Shown piece after piece: positions 47,541-60,864 of a stretch of 64,000 bases of DNA; the stretch's first letter is position 1, and each line of letters opens with the position of its first letter. This DNA is from Tubulanus polymorphus. Lineage: Eukaryota; Animalia; Nemertea. A model generated the notes under the pieces. It was not told where the DNA came from, did not search any database, and saw only the letters and a program-made list of their open reading frames with translations. Where the stretch lies: assembly GCF_964204645.1 (NCBI RefSeq), contig NC_134028.1, positions 11,951,263 to 12,015,262 on the forward strand, given 5' to 3'. The translations under genes and the position numbers were made by a program.

Positions 47541-49185
47541 TAATGTGATTGTGATATTAAGTGGCAATTGACCACAGTGTTAAGTTTGGTAAGATAGGAT
47601 AAAGAATCTCATTTCTTTTCCTTCGCACTGCATTTTTATATTTCAGGTCTTTAGTGAAAGGGTGTTTTCTAACTGCCAAAATTTACAAGTAGGTTTATTC
47701 TATGTAATCAAAATCCTCAAACTGATTCAAATATGTGCCTATCCATGATTGAAAATATATGTAAATCAGTTTGATGAATTTGAGCATAAATAGTTTGAAA
47801 AACTTTCAGATGTGCCGCATCGGATCAGAGGAGGCTATAAATGATCTGCATAAACCAACTTTGGCATATGAGGTGTACAGAACATTGGTGCCCGCATGCC
47901 CTCAGATTCGGGCCATGTTTGCATCGTTACTCACTCGCTTGACAGAAACGACTTAGTCATATTCCTCAACACTCGGCATGAGCCAGTCACACTGCGGTCA
48001 GATTTGGTTCCGGTCATAACAAAGAAACCACATTGCCATTTTACCGACCTTATCTTTATTCAAATTAGGTGCATAAAGTGTCTTAAGTCGTTTCATGGAT
48101 ATAACTGCAAATATATCTCATTAGAGCCTGTTCATCAACTGTCGGATAATGATTGGACATATTTATTAAACATGTTTGACAATCCTATTAATCTGTTCTA
48201 TGATTACTATTTAAAATCAAATAAAAGTTTCATTGTCTTCTTTAAGTTTTCGGTATGCTTTTATGTATGGTCTTCATAGTTAGTTATGTATGTTTGCCCC
48301 CTTAACCTTTTCAACAGCCAAATTGAAATAAAGATGGCCGACTTGAGAACAGTTCGGCAAAATCAGCACTTTTGCATAGGTCTTGAATGGGAAATGATAA
48401 AGACACTTTGATCGATTGTTGCCATCAATCATTTCGACAATTACCAAATTGTAGCTCGTGATCTTACGAGCCTACAGGTACCCTCAGGCTATCAGACAAA
48501 TTCAGGATGATATGATCCAGGAAGAAAGCCACTAAATATTTGGATGGATATATGAAAGCTGTGGGTACTGGAGTGTGTAATGGGTAGTGTAGTGTGATCT
48601 GTGTGCATTTGTGGCCAGCACACAGATCACATTGTTCATTGGGGTTTAGTCCAGGACTCGCGAGATTTACAACAACACGGAAGTAACGTGTAATAAATGA
48701 TGACTTGAATTGCATGACTACCTACCACCCCTCATTTTTGTTGGAAAACTAAACATTCCGCACTGACTAAAAATTAGTAATAATAATTAATAACACTTTA
48801 GAAATGGCCAGAATTTTAACTTAGGTTCTATCTCATTTTTATTTTACAATTGCGATTGGTATAATTTTTTTTTAAACGGCCGTTAAGGCTTCATGTTTCG
48901 TCTGCAATTCACTGCAAATAGTTACGCAACTACGCACATTTCAGTGTTTTTGGCAGCTGTACACTCAATCGGCACCGTTCGTGACTAGCTTCACTGCGGA
49001 ATTATCATTAATTAACATCGCCATATCACATCGTCAACTTATATTGTGCCTTAAAACCCTAACAGCCGAAATAATTGAAATGCACACATGATTTCTATCA
49101 TTGAAAATTGAGAGAGTGGCCGTGTTTGTGATCTGCTGCCTTGCGTAAATCCCGCAGGGTGGCGCCACCGCGTGGAGTGGGGCCG

Positions 49186-49340
49186 ATACGTCCAGGAGAT
49201 CCAACAAAATGACCTAATCATACCTTCTCCATCACCCTGTAAAACGCCTGTAGTCATGGTCGAGAAAAAGAGCGGCGACTATAGATTTGCCATTGATTAC
49301 AGAAAGTTGAATCAGGTCGCCCGTCCAATATCTCATCCAC
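49186..49340 (+). pseudogene. Short Gypsy RT N-terminal fragment
   Basis: IIPSPSPCKTPVVMVEKKSGDYRFAIDYRKLN. Confidence 0.8.
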
Positions 49341-52300
49341 CACTGCGAGGTAGGTGCTTGAGACATAAAAGCAAACAATTAAGTTGTCGCCCACCAATGA
49401 AGATCTTGACTTAGATCAGTTGGAGGTACGGGAATAAAGGTCTCCCAGTTGCCCTTCGACTGAGACCAGAAGACCTTCCAATATTGTTGCAAGCGCCTGC
49501 TTCTGAGGCGGCCTAAGGGCAGCACCAGACCCATGGAGCTGATGGAGCCTAGAAGCCATGACCAGTAACGAGCTGTCTTTGGGGTTGTGGACACTCCCGC
49601 TACAGCTTCTTGAAGTTTGGCTAATCGAGCCATAGACGGAAAGACTTTGCCGATTCGGAGATCGAAGTCCATGCCGAGATAAGTGAAGTGTTGGGCCGCT
49701 GTCAACTGAGATTTTTCCCAGTTTACGCGGAACCCTAGCTGATGGACTAACTCCAAGACTGAGGTCATTGCCTCCCGACATTGTTGAGCCGAGTTCGCGA
49801 CTATTAACCAGTCGTCGAGGTAAACGAACAGTCGAACACCCCTTGACTGAAGTACCTTCTGAACGGACTTGACCAATGTGGTGAAAACCCACGAGGCCGT
49901 ACTGAGGCCAAATGGGAGAGACCTGTATTGGAACTGGCGGCCTTTCCACTTAATCCTGAGAAATCGCCGAGATTTTTGGTGAATTGGAACCTGAAAGTAA
50001 GCATCTTTCAGGTCCAATGAAGCCACCCATTGACCCGGACGGAGCCCTTGAATCACGTCCTTGGGTTTGGTCATCCGGAACCTTGGAATGTCTAGGTGCC
50101 GATTGAGGGATGACAGATCTATCACCGTCCGTTGACCCCCTGTGGCCTTTGGTACCATGAATATTCGAGAAAACCAGCCGGGAGAAGTTTCGTTGCAAAC
50201 TGGTTCTATCGCTTCCTTCTCGGCCAATTCCTTGAGTGCTGGAGAGATTAAGGCCTCCTGACCTGGTTTTGGCCACATGTCGGGAGGTGACCTCGTCAGG
50301 CGCAGTCGCCTTAGGAAACGGAGACGGTAGCCATGAGAGAAGACCCGGGAGGGCCAACTGTCTCCAAAAAGGTAGGACCAGTGGGTAGCTGCCCGCTGCA
50401 GACAATGTACCACTGGTCCCGAGAAATCATTTCGAGTTTGAAGTTCGAGTTGGTCCTGTTTGTGTCTGTGCTGAACCTTGCGCCGCCGTCGGACCCGAAC
50501 GCTTTTTCCACGGAGTTCGGACGGTGGACTTGGTCTGGACTCCCGAACCTTCCTCAGCTCGGCGGAAACAGGAGCGCACCAACCAGAGAAGAGACGTGAA
50601 GACGTCCCCAATGGAGCTCTCAACAAAGAATTGGACACCATATCTGGTAGATTTGGAACTGGAGTCAATAACTGACTGACGGGAGGCTAACACAAGATTA
50701 GCCCCCGAACCGACAACGGAATTACATGTTAAACAGACCGAGCCAAAGATTGGATAATCCGGTACATTCCCTCCGGTTTTAGGGCAACTGACTCTGGGTC
50801 GGAGCCCGCATGGACGGCGGCGAGAGTTTCGCGAAGCTCACCTGTCAACACCTTAAGTGCCATATCCTGAAAAGAACCAACCCTGGTAAGTTTGTCCAGG
50901 ATTGACGTCATGGCCACCAAACCGGACTTAGGCAAACGAATACCCTGACTGTGCTGAAACAGTATCCGGGCTGATCAAAGTATAATCAGCATCCAAGCAG
51001 CTATGACTATGATCCACAGCACCTGGAGTTGCATAATACGCCGAGCGAAATGCGCCTATAGGTGGATCGGTTGAACTAAAATATTTTCCAGATTTCATAA
51101 GCTTCCATTGACTCACCGAACAGAGGAGCTGCTATGGGCTTAGCGAGAGTTGCCCCGTGTTTGACAAAAAACTCACTAATCATTGCTCTAAATGGCATGT
51201 CACCTGCTGGTTTGGATAAAACTGAACGGGACGGAGATACATTGCGAGCCAGGGAAGTCCCCATCGTATGGGGCAACCCAAAATTGCTTGCTGCAGGAAC
51301 AACCCGAGAAGGTTTCTTCATGTTTCCCTCCATCTTGAATTTTTGTATTTGTATTACTTTGTACGATTATTATAATTCAAAATGGAAAAATAAAATTATT
51401 ATTATAATAATAAGGAATTGCCGCTTCTGGGACCGGATCCTGATTGAAATCAGACCCTACCCCAGCATCCAGGAACTCAGTGTCAGAATTCCGAACAACT
51501 GAGTGTTCTAACCAGACAATCAGGAATAGGCTTACCTGTTGTAGAGGTTGTAGCGACTTGTTGCGACGACAATAACAAGTTTAAAATTTTCTCTTCAAAT
51601 ACATGGATATCCTTCTGAGTCAGGAATTTTCCCGTATCCGGACGATCATGCAGACTTCGGTGATGGCCCCTCGAACGGGATCGAGACCTACTAGAAGAAT
51701 CGCCTTCTTCGCTAAACGACCGACGCAATAACAATCATAATCCCTCTCGCGATCAAACCTTGATCTGCGAGGAGACCTTGCGCGTTTATTACGCTCACAG
51801 CGTCTGGATCTAGTGGGAGAGCGAGCTCTATCGCCGGAGCGACGATCAGAATCAGACGATGTACGAACTGGAAGTTTAGAACCAGGTGACGTCTGGACCG
51901 GATCGGTGCCCGAACCGGACCCGGATGGGTGCCCGTACCGGACCGGACCGCTACCGACCGAACCGGTGCCGGCCGATCCCGACTACCGCGCAGAAAATAT
52001 AGTCTGAACCGGACGAACCGGCTGAACCGGTGAACGACCAGCGACGGGTGATTGACCGGAGACCGGTGCTGGTGAACCAGCATTCCTCCCCGGTGAACGG
52101 AGTTGGGAAGCCGACCGTGCCAGAACGATCAGCGACCGCTCCGCTATAGAAATAGAATTAGAGACGTCGGTTGGCATGTCGGCTAAATTCGATGAATCCC
52201 TACTATTGACTCGACGACGATCTTTCAGCTTCCGAGCCTTATCAGCCGGAATAGGAAGGTCCTCGATTTAGATTTGGCCAGATTTACGCCTGCACGACGC

Positions 52301-52658
52301 ACACGAAACTTGGTCATCCCAGGCACCGAATAAATGCCCACATCCCTCACCGCCACGATGTTGACCCTTAGGAGGGGGCGGCATAATTATTCAATTAATC
52401 GGTCACAATAATGAATTAAATTAAATTAGATTAGATTAGTTAAATTATTACGGTAAAAATAGAAACCCTTTGATTTTTTGGCGAAAAAATCCAACGCGTT
52501 CACATACAAGAATTCCAAGAAAATAGATGGTGGATTTCGCCGGTGGCTAGATGCAATACCGTAGGGCCGGTTCGTATAGAAAAACCATTGGCGATCAATC
52601 CAAATTTAAAAAAATATTGGCAAAAAACCATAGGAATGGGTACAGTACTCGACGGAAA
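49340..52658 (-). mobile_element. DIRS1-like retrotransposon, 3'-truncated (gag-like ORF and RT; tyrosine recombinase missing)
   Basis: ORF 49379-50668 has FSRIFMVPK, IDLSSLN, SLDLKDAYFQVPI, LPFGLS, YLDDWL, LHWW. Ser/Arg-rich gag with an N-terminal Cys/His motif starts at ATG 52384. Left end begins TTTCCGTCGAG at ~52658. Confidence 0.88.
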
Positions 52659-53279
52659 TAGAATGCGCTTGGATGTCGAATGGGTAGCATTGCGAATAAG
52701 GGCAGGATGACAACTGTCTGTTAAATATATTGCTGTTGAAAATATTTTATATTGTAGGCCCTATTTTATCTTTTTTGAAGAATTATTTTGTAGCCAAAGG
52801 CCAAAAATATGCATTTCAAAAATATGCAAGGGTTGAGGTAGGTATTGGGGGAAACTATTTCATATTTTGAAAAAAAATATTTTTCACAATATGAAATGGT
52901 GGCTGTACAATGGTGGCTTGACACCAAAAGCATTGAATTTTCACGTATATTTTTGATGCTGTATAAAAACGTCACTCAAAATCAAACTTTTAACCCTTTT
53001 TGGTATTCTAAAGCAAATGAAACCCATGGCTTTCAACTTTGCAAACCCTGAAGAAAAACAAACACAATACAGGAGGGAGCATATCAATGATCTGGGGGTC
53101 CACTAGTCTGGTGGTCTAATGGGACAGGGACAATATTGACCATTGGTCAGTGTCGGTAATGGCTGAACAGTGGTCAGTTTAAGCCATTTCATGGCGAGTG
53201 GTTTTCGTTGTTGGATGTCTCATGACACTTGACCGGTTGTGAGTTAGACATTCATTGGGCAAGGTAAAACTAAACTTAA

Positions 53280-54079
53280 AGGCCGAGGAGAATGGATGCT
53301 AGTTAACCGGGTGGCAAACACTTGAGATCGGCAGTCCCACTAACTACAGTACCTTGTTTATAATGTTTAGAGTGAGCGAGGTTGGCTCACAACAGAAAAG
53401 CAGGTCACACACAGTTGAATTTGACAAATTCATAAAAGTTTTCGTATCAAGTTCTAAACTAATTTTAAATAATATAGTCATAGTGGGAATGAAAATCTGA
53501 TGCTAGAGCTTATTTTTTGTAGAGATAGGGCCAAGATTAAAGATTTTAGAGACATTTCAAATTTTTTGAAAATCATTAATTTTCATCCGATTTCGATGAA
53601 ATTTGGACACAACATTGATGGTAGATAGCTAAACAAGTGTAAGAAATTTCAGACTGATCCATTGACCATAGAAAAAGTTTTGATGTTGCCAAATTTTGGT
53701 ACTATGAATGAGGCTATGTTTTGTTTATGTATACTGATGACTATACGTATCAAATTACTGTTACTGTGCTCTGTGAGCTTCACTAATTCACTGGATAACT
53801 CCTCCCTCTATGTCATTCAAAGATTCAAATTTTGAAGGAAATACCAGCTAAAAAGCTTAATTTCTCGAAGAGGAGGGCCCAAAACACATTTTTGACTGCA
53901 GAAATGAATATATTACACATTAATACATATGTCTGACAAAAAGGAGGATCCAAATCGGATAACTGACAGAGAAAATAGGAGAATTCCAGTTTCAATCGTT
54001 GGAGCTCTCCACTGCACTATTGCTTCATGGGTACTGCCATCTTTGACATTGATTGGGCTTTTATACTGCTCCTCGGCCT
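53280..54079. mobile_element. Kolobok-like non-autonomous DNA transposon
   Basis: TTAA|AGGCCGAGGAG ... CTCCTCGGCCT|TTAA (TTAA TSD, purine-initiated TIR). Confidence 0.75.
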
Positions 54080-55510
54080 TTAAGCCTTAGGCCTAAAATA
54101 CCCCCTGCAATACACTCTCCCCCACGAAGCCACTATCATTCAACTTAAATATCAACTTTTTAAAAGTGTTTTTTTTCCGAATCTAGGAATACATTGTACA
54201 TCGATGTTTTTCTCAGAATAATATTCATAATAAGTTATACATCTGCTTTAACAAGTATTGAATAATGATTCTGTATTGGAGTAAGGAAACGTTCCTTGAA
54301 CGTTTGATAATAAGCTTCTTAAATTATTTTTTAAAAACGTTTCTGAATGGTTAAAACTTTATATTTTCAAATGCGAAGTTTCTGGTGAAAAATGACATCA
54401 GAATGCAAAAAAATGTGTAATCGCGATTTTTGTAAAGATATGTATCATTTAAACGGAAAGCTATAATTTCAATACGATTTAAAAATGTTTCTAAAATGTT
54501 TGAAAGTAACAAAACCAAACCGAAACCGAAGTGAAACGTTTCGGGAACGTTTTGTGTTAGCTGGGTCTCACGTGTCCCAGTTCTCCCACTAAGTTTCAAA
54601 TTACTACAAAGGACCATGGGTCTAGTTTGAGTACATCTTACTAAGCATGTTCAACTTTGACGACATACATGGTAATGGGTTTTTCCCTATGAGTCACAAG
54701 TACAGGGTAAAACACTTCTTGATAATGATGTCACTAGGAAACCCCTTATTCTAGAGGGATTTCCAAGTGATGCCCTTCTGAAGTATTGATTAGTAGAATG
54801 GGGAAAAATTCTTTGAAATTTTGCACAGTTTCTCCCAGCACTTTCAAGCTGATGGACAGAACTTGCCATATGAATTCCAACACATGTTTCCCTCCTACTG
54901 ACAAAATATCATTTGTGTATATCCAGTGGTCAAAATTTGCGCCACCATGAGTTAACAGAAAATTCCTTTAAGAATTGTTGGCTGCGTGAACAGAAAAATT
55001 CAAGATTGCTGCCCTGGCTGCCATATTTGATGATGGGACACCTACATTTATGATATGGACATACATATCACCTGCCAAAACCCATTCACTAAACCCGACT
55101 TCCATTAGTGGAATCCTTGATTGCCAAGGATCAGAGATTGATCTTGCATTAAACAAATATCTCTATCAGGTATGGTCAACTTGTTTAGAATTAAAACTGA
55201 TTGATTTAATATTATTTTGATGTTGCCAGTCAATAACAGTTCACTGACTTTACACATTGGTATGCACCCGCTTTTTCACCTGATTAAACCACGTTTGTGA
55301 ATATTAAGCTCATTTTCAAACATGTGCGGTGAGCGTTTAATCCCAAATGATTCACACTTATATAAATCATCCACATAATAGTCTAAGGTTATATTAACAG
55401 TACCTATATCGGAACTTTTGATGCAGTTACTTTAAAACCCAGACCGGTGACTCAAGAGGTCTCTAATATTAGTTGTCGAATAAACACTATAATCCGTGTA
55501 AACTGTAGAT

Positions 55511-56666
55511 AAATGAAGAAATCCCACACTTCGAATTTGAAATTATACTATCAAATTTATGTACTCATTCATAATTTCAAAACAAATTTGAAATTCTCTG
55601 TATATAGAAAACCGACTAACGCTGAAGCTTATCTTCATTTTTTCTCATTTACTCCTTTGAACATCAAAATTGGAATAGCCCAAGGATTATTTCTTCGAGC
55701 TCTACGTATTTGTGATCAAATGTTTTTAGATAAAGAAATCAAACATATAAGAACTGCTCTCAAGAAACTAGCCTATCCAGACAAAATTTTGAACAAAGCT
55801 TATTTCAAAGCCCGAATTTCTCACTTTGGACATAACGACCTGACCACAAAACGCAGAGCTCAAAAGAATATTATAATCCCGTATTTACCTACTTTGGAAC
55901 GCTTTAAATCCACATTAAGCACCATCGACACTAGATTAGTCTTTCAGTATAATAACAAACTCACTAATGTTTTAACCAAAAATAAACCCAACAGTGAGCT
56001 AATTGAGTCTGGGGTCTATAAGATACCATGTAAAGACTGTAATATGATGTACATCGGCAAAACGGGACGTAATCTCAGTCAGCCTATTAAAGAGCACAAA
56101 ATAGATATCCGCAACCAAAAGCCTGAGAGTGGAATAGCGAATCATGTCTTTACAACCAATCACCAATTTGACTTGCAGAATTCGAAACTTATTTATCCTT
56201 GTAAAGATATTCATAAGAGACACATAGTGGAATTAGCCCTTATATGTAAACTTTCGAAATCCAATTTATCTACTAATTTAAATACTGGTTTTTCTCCCCA
56301 TAACCAATTATTATCCAGACACATCAACTCTTTATTAGATTTGGGTTGATGTCACTATGTGTCACTCTGTTATCGCCACCCTCTTCAGTCCACTTCACTT
56401 AGTTACATAATTTGTTTTTACTCTGAACTGTTTAGAATTGCTGTGGTTTCCACGGTACCCCTTGATGTTTTATTGCTTGGTCTGTTTATCTTAAGTTTTG
56501 ACACACTGCTTTTATTTTAGATCCTGTGAGTTTATATGCTTTGTAACTTGTTTTTCTGGTCATTCCACCTGATGATGGCTGTTAGTCAACAGCCGAAACG
56601 TTGTGGTTTCGTAATAATAAATTTGATAGTATAATTTCAAATTCAAAGTGTGGGATTTCTTCATTT
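55511..56666 (+). mobile_element. 5'-truncated Penelope-like element (RT thumb and GIY-YIG endonuclease) with inverted terminal duplication
   Basis: ORF 55513-56349: FSVYRKPT, RALRIC, SGVYKIPCKDCNMMYIGKTGR..IKEH, RHIVE, N.N.G. The first 50 bp are the reverse complement of the last 50 bp. Confidence 0.92.
56565..56606 (+). ncRNA. Minimal type-I hammerhead ribozyme motif in the Penelope pLTR
   Basis: ccac-CTGATGA-t-ggctgtt/agtc/aacagcc-GAAAC-gtt-gtgg. Helix I ccac/gtgg, 7-bp helix II, palindromic AACGTT helix III. Confidence 0.75.
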
Positions 56667-56996
56667 GTCTCTAATATTGTCTTCAAAAAAGTCACAAATA
56701 TGGCTATGTAACCTAATTTCCTACACACTACACAAACAATCCAGTAGCAATCGCGGGATGCAATCAGACTACCTAGGGCCCGCATGACCCTTGACCTTTA
56801 TGTTAACGTGCCATTCACATCAGGTTCAAAACTGACAATTGATAATTTTCTTATTTCTACTAATAATTCTAATTTACACTAAACAAATAAACAATTGCGT
56901 AAACACTCAAATAACAAAAAAATTTATTTCATTGCACATGTTTACTGAAACCGTAATCCATCAGCACTCAAGCCGCCTGTATCCGCCCTGGTACTT

Positions 56997-59088
56997 CCCA
57001 GTTAACATTTCTAGTCGGCCCGACGTCGGCATTGGGACAGACGAAGACGGCATTTGGACGTGGATCGGCAAGGAGTCGGCTTCGCCGTCGGGCCGACGTT
57101 TCGACGCCGACCCCGGCCGGGCAAATACTTATTTCTGATGCATTCGCATAATAATATATGATAAGCATAATATATGATAGTAAATATTATGTAGGTATAT
57201 GTATAGCGTAGTTTTGTTTCAAAATCATTAATCTTTGATAAGGTCATCTTTTCGTCGTCGGTCCAACGTTGGCCCGTTAACCTTATGCTGACCAAGATGG
57301 TGGTGCCCTCTTTCACCCCATTTGAGAATTATTTAAATAAGGACGATATCAATACCTCAGTTATTAATCAATGATACACATATATGTTTGATTATATGTT
57401 ATTAACAAGGGTTGTTAAACTGAATAAAAAATTGAAAGTTTTGTTTTTAATGAGGCTGGCGTGGTGCGTAGATCTTCCGCCGCCATTTTGGTTCCATTCT
57501 GTTCGTTCTTTTGTTCGTATTCTTTGTTATCAAAATCGCTATTCATCAGTCTTCTAGTTGTAACAAGTGTAATTACAAGTGTTACATTCGGTAAGTGTTA
57601 TTGTATTTACATGGTATTTGATATTTGCGGCTGAGTTGCTTCAATTTTTAGGCCTATTTGAAGCGAAATCAAATTCAATGCATTTTATTGCTAAAATAAC
57701 ACTTAAAATGATTAGGTTATTAGAACTATTATGTTGTAATGATTACAAATTGATTGACTCAGGTTTAATAGCTGATATCATGGATACATCATCAGTTTTT
57801 AGGGTATTTTGAGCTAGTACTAGGCTGCTGCCTACGCTGTTGTGTTGGACTGAAAATGAGAAAATACAATCTAACCAGTTTATTTTTCTTTTAGGCTTGT
57901 CACTGCAATCGAGAAATTTCGTGAGGAAAGGATGTTGGGGCATGTTCTACAACAGTACAACGTCGAAGAGTGTGATATCACTTCCCGAAGCTTCACTCGA
58001 TGATATCCAGTCAGGACTAATTTACTGGTGACATTTTTAGAAGCTGTACGGATGATCCCTTCTCATAAAAGACTCCATCAATGATTGAGCGGTGAATGAG
58101 GGAATTGGGGATGCATCAAACTTTGGCTTAAACACGCTAAAATCCTTATAATTCTGTAGTTTTGGCAAAGAATTAAACAGCAGTTGAAACCTGTATACAT
58201 AACAATTGATATGTGTGTCCCCCGCTTTCATACAGATCTTACCATTATCTATGTAGTATGAAAGGATTTATTTTTGTATTATGTGATACTTATTAGAAAA
58301 AGGAATGTGGATTTTTCTAAAATTCTTAAAAAACACTTAAATGAGTCATCTAACTGTGCACATCATTCAGGCATTAATCATACAGATATTGCTTTGTTTA
58401 TTTGTTAATAATGTTTTAAAGATAGTTCAAAATCGTTGTTATCAATCGAAGAAATGCTTTTCAAACGACTTGGTATTATATAAATACTATATGATCGGCG
58501 AGTTATCAAGTTGAAAAATGGTGACGGTAAATTTCTATTTTATTACTTTTATAGTTTATCTCAAAATCTATGTAAACTGTTTAAAATTATGTATTGATTT
58601 TTGTTTTGCAACTAAAGGAAAAGAACTTGTACATGTAATTCTCTTTAGTTGTCTCAGGTATCTTATGGAAGAGGTTCCTCAAACTCAGTTCCTGGATGAC
58701 ATTGCCAAACAGTCGGGGAATCGACAAATATGGACGGGGTTTGGTCAGAAAACGGTTGGATGAGGTTGGCAAACAGTCGGGGAATCGACAAATATAGACG
58801 GGGTATGGTCAGAAAAGGGTTAGATGAGGTTGGCAAATGGTTGGGGAATAGACAAATATGGACATGGTATGGTCAAAAAAGGGTCGGGTGAGGTTGGCAA
58901 ACGGTCGGAGAACTGACAGACATACTATTAGGCAGTGGGCAAAACGTCGGCAAAGTGACGAAAACTGAATTCGGGCCGACCACTTCCCCACGAGCCATCC
59001 CGACGGTGGGACGACTACGACACCGACTAAGGGCCGACAATCTTGCCGACTTTATTTGGACGTCGGGCATGCTAAAATGTTGACTGGG
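56997..59088. mobile_element. CMC/EnSpm-like non-autonomous DNA transposon
   Basis: TIR CCCAGTTAACATTT / AAATGTTGACTGGG with a TT 2-bp TSD. Subterminal gccgac/gtcggc motifs. Internal 64-bp tandem repeat at 58702-58910. Confidence 0.7.
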
Positions 59089-59340
59089 TTTTTTCGTATG
59101 CTACACAAAAATGGCTATAGTGGGATTCGAACTCAATAGCTTATGATAAACCAGACACCTAAGTACTCGAAATACTGAACAGAAATGAACATCCTCCGGA
59201 TTCAATTTCTCGAGTATTTCGAGTATGAACAAAACGCAAGATAAACCTTACACATAAGCCAAACACAAGGTATTTTTTACATTATTTAATAATATGCCGT
59301 TAGTTCCCTCATAGGCCTGTGCTGCACAGCTAGGACTTAC

Positions 59341-59506
59341 CCCTCTGTATGAATCTTCAGCACTTTTATTGTAATTCCATATGCGAATACCACTAATACA
59401 AACTAGTTTTCCAAAATTTATATCAACAAAATGATGCGAGCCTTTTGTATATGGAATAAGCCACATGTGATCATCAGACGTTGTTATGTTATGCCCATCG
59501 ATTAAT
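59341..59506 (-). CDS. KATNIP: KATNIP/KIAA0556 coding exon (5'-most exon found in the window; gene continues upstream)
   Basis: Encodes (K)LIDGHNITTSDDHMWLIPYTKGSHHFVDINFGKLVCISGIRIWNYNKSAEDSYRG, matching recalled human LIDGTNITMEDEHMWLIPF...WNYNKSPEDTYRG. Acceptor ttttcatttcag, donor GTAAGT, 166 nt. Confidence 0.93.
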
Positions 59507-60864
59507 CTGAAATGAAAAAATTTCTTAAGGATCAAGTGAAGCCCATTATAGATTTTGTTTTTAACGATACATAACGTAAAATAAACAAATAATAATCATC
59601 CTTGAACATTCCAGCTGTAATGAGTGATTGATCGTCAAGATCGGATAATGATTGAAGGACAAGTAGCAATTTAAATATTCTACAAGTGCCACCTGCACAG
59701 TTCCCCCTTACAGATTAAAATGGGAAAATTCCTCTATAACCTCTTAATTCTTTGCCCAAAGTATCTACATACAAAGTTTCTTCAAGAACGGATAATCATT
59801 GTAAGACTAGTAGTGGTTTAAAAATTTTCAAAGCGCCACCTGTACCACGTCCATAGAGATTAAATTTGAACAAGCATGAACTGTTTAGCCCCCCGTAGAA
59901 GTCAAATTGGGAAAATGGCTATAGACCTATAAATCTTTAGGGTTTGGCCGATACACTGCGTGAAAAGATATCATATCCGCAAATCGGATTTGTTACAGAA
60001 ACATATCGGATATCAGGAAGGACGGCAGATCCGTCTTAAATCCGCATGCGGTTATTTAGACATAGTATCCAAATTGTAACCGCACGGATGTGAGATGTCC
60101 ACACTATTGAATCCGTTTTGTACGTATTCTTCACTGACACGTGGAATCCCCGTACTTTACAAATGTTAATGTATTCCTGATTGCATTTATGATGAGTCCG
60201 TCGCATGGGTACGATCCGGAAGCGTTTAGATTCATGGATCAAACCGTATCAAATCCGATAAAATGCAAAGCTACAGAATCATCGTCATAACGGCAATCAG
60301 AATATCTTTGGTTACAGATATTGGTGCTTATTGGTCTGATCTTAATTTTTGATGTCAATCGGGCGACATGTTTTTAGTATCTCTCTTCTTGTATGTGGTT
60401 TAAATGTAACGTATGCATAAATGATCTTGTTTAGCAAAAACAGATATTTTTCTTGGTAGTTGACCATGTTTTTAACCCTTTAACCGGCAAGTATTTTTCG
60501 GCCTATGACTGATTTGGACCTTGCAAGGGGAAAACTTTATAACTCAGTAGATATGAGGGATAACCCCATATTGTATGTATCTTATGAAAGCTCTTTTCAC
60601 ATGATCATTTCGAATGATACCAAGTTTGCGATCATAGGGGGTTACCTTCAGGGTCTGACCCCAAGGTCATCCGGATTTTCGGGCCATCCATGATAAAGCA
60701 TTGTCATCAGATTCATCCCAATAACCGAATTATCATCAGAATCTTCCATTACTACGTCCAAAATACCAGTTTTGATGAAGTTGTCAAGTAATAATAATAA
60801 TCACGTGAATATCAATAAGGTTTTCTGTGATGTAACAGAAAACCCTAATAATGAATATAACTCC

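Noticed and set aside
60472-60790. piggyBac-like terminus TTAA|CCCTTTAACCGG with an acidic ORF scrap
   Set aside because: Only one end is seen and there is no transposase core, so support is insufficient.
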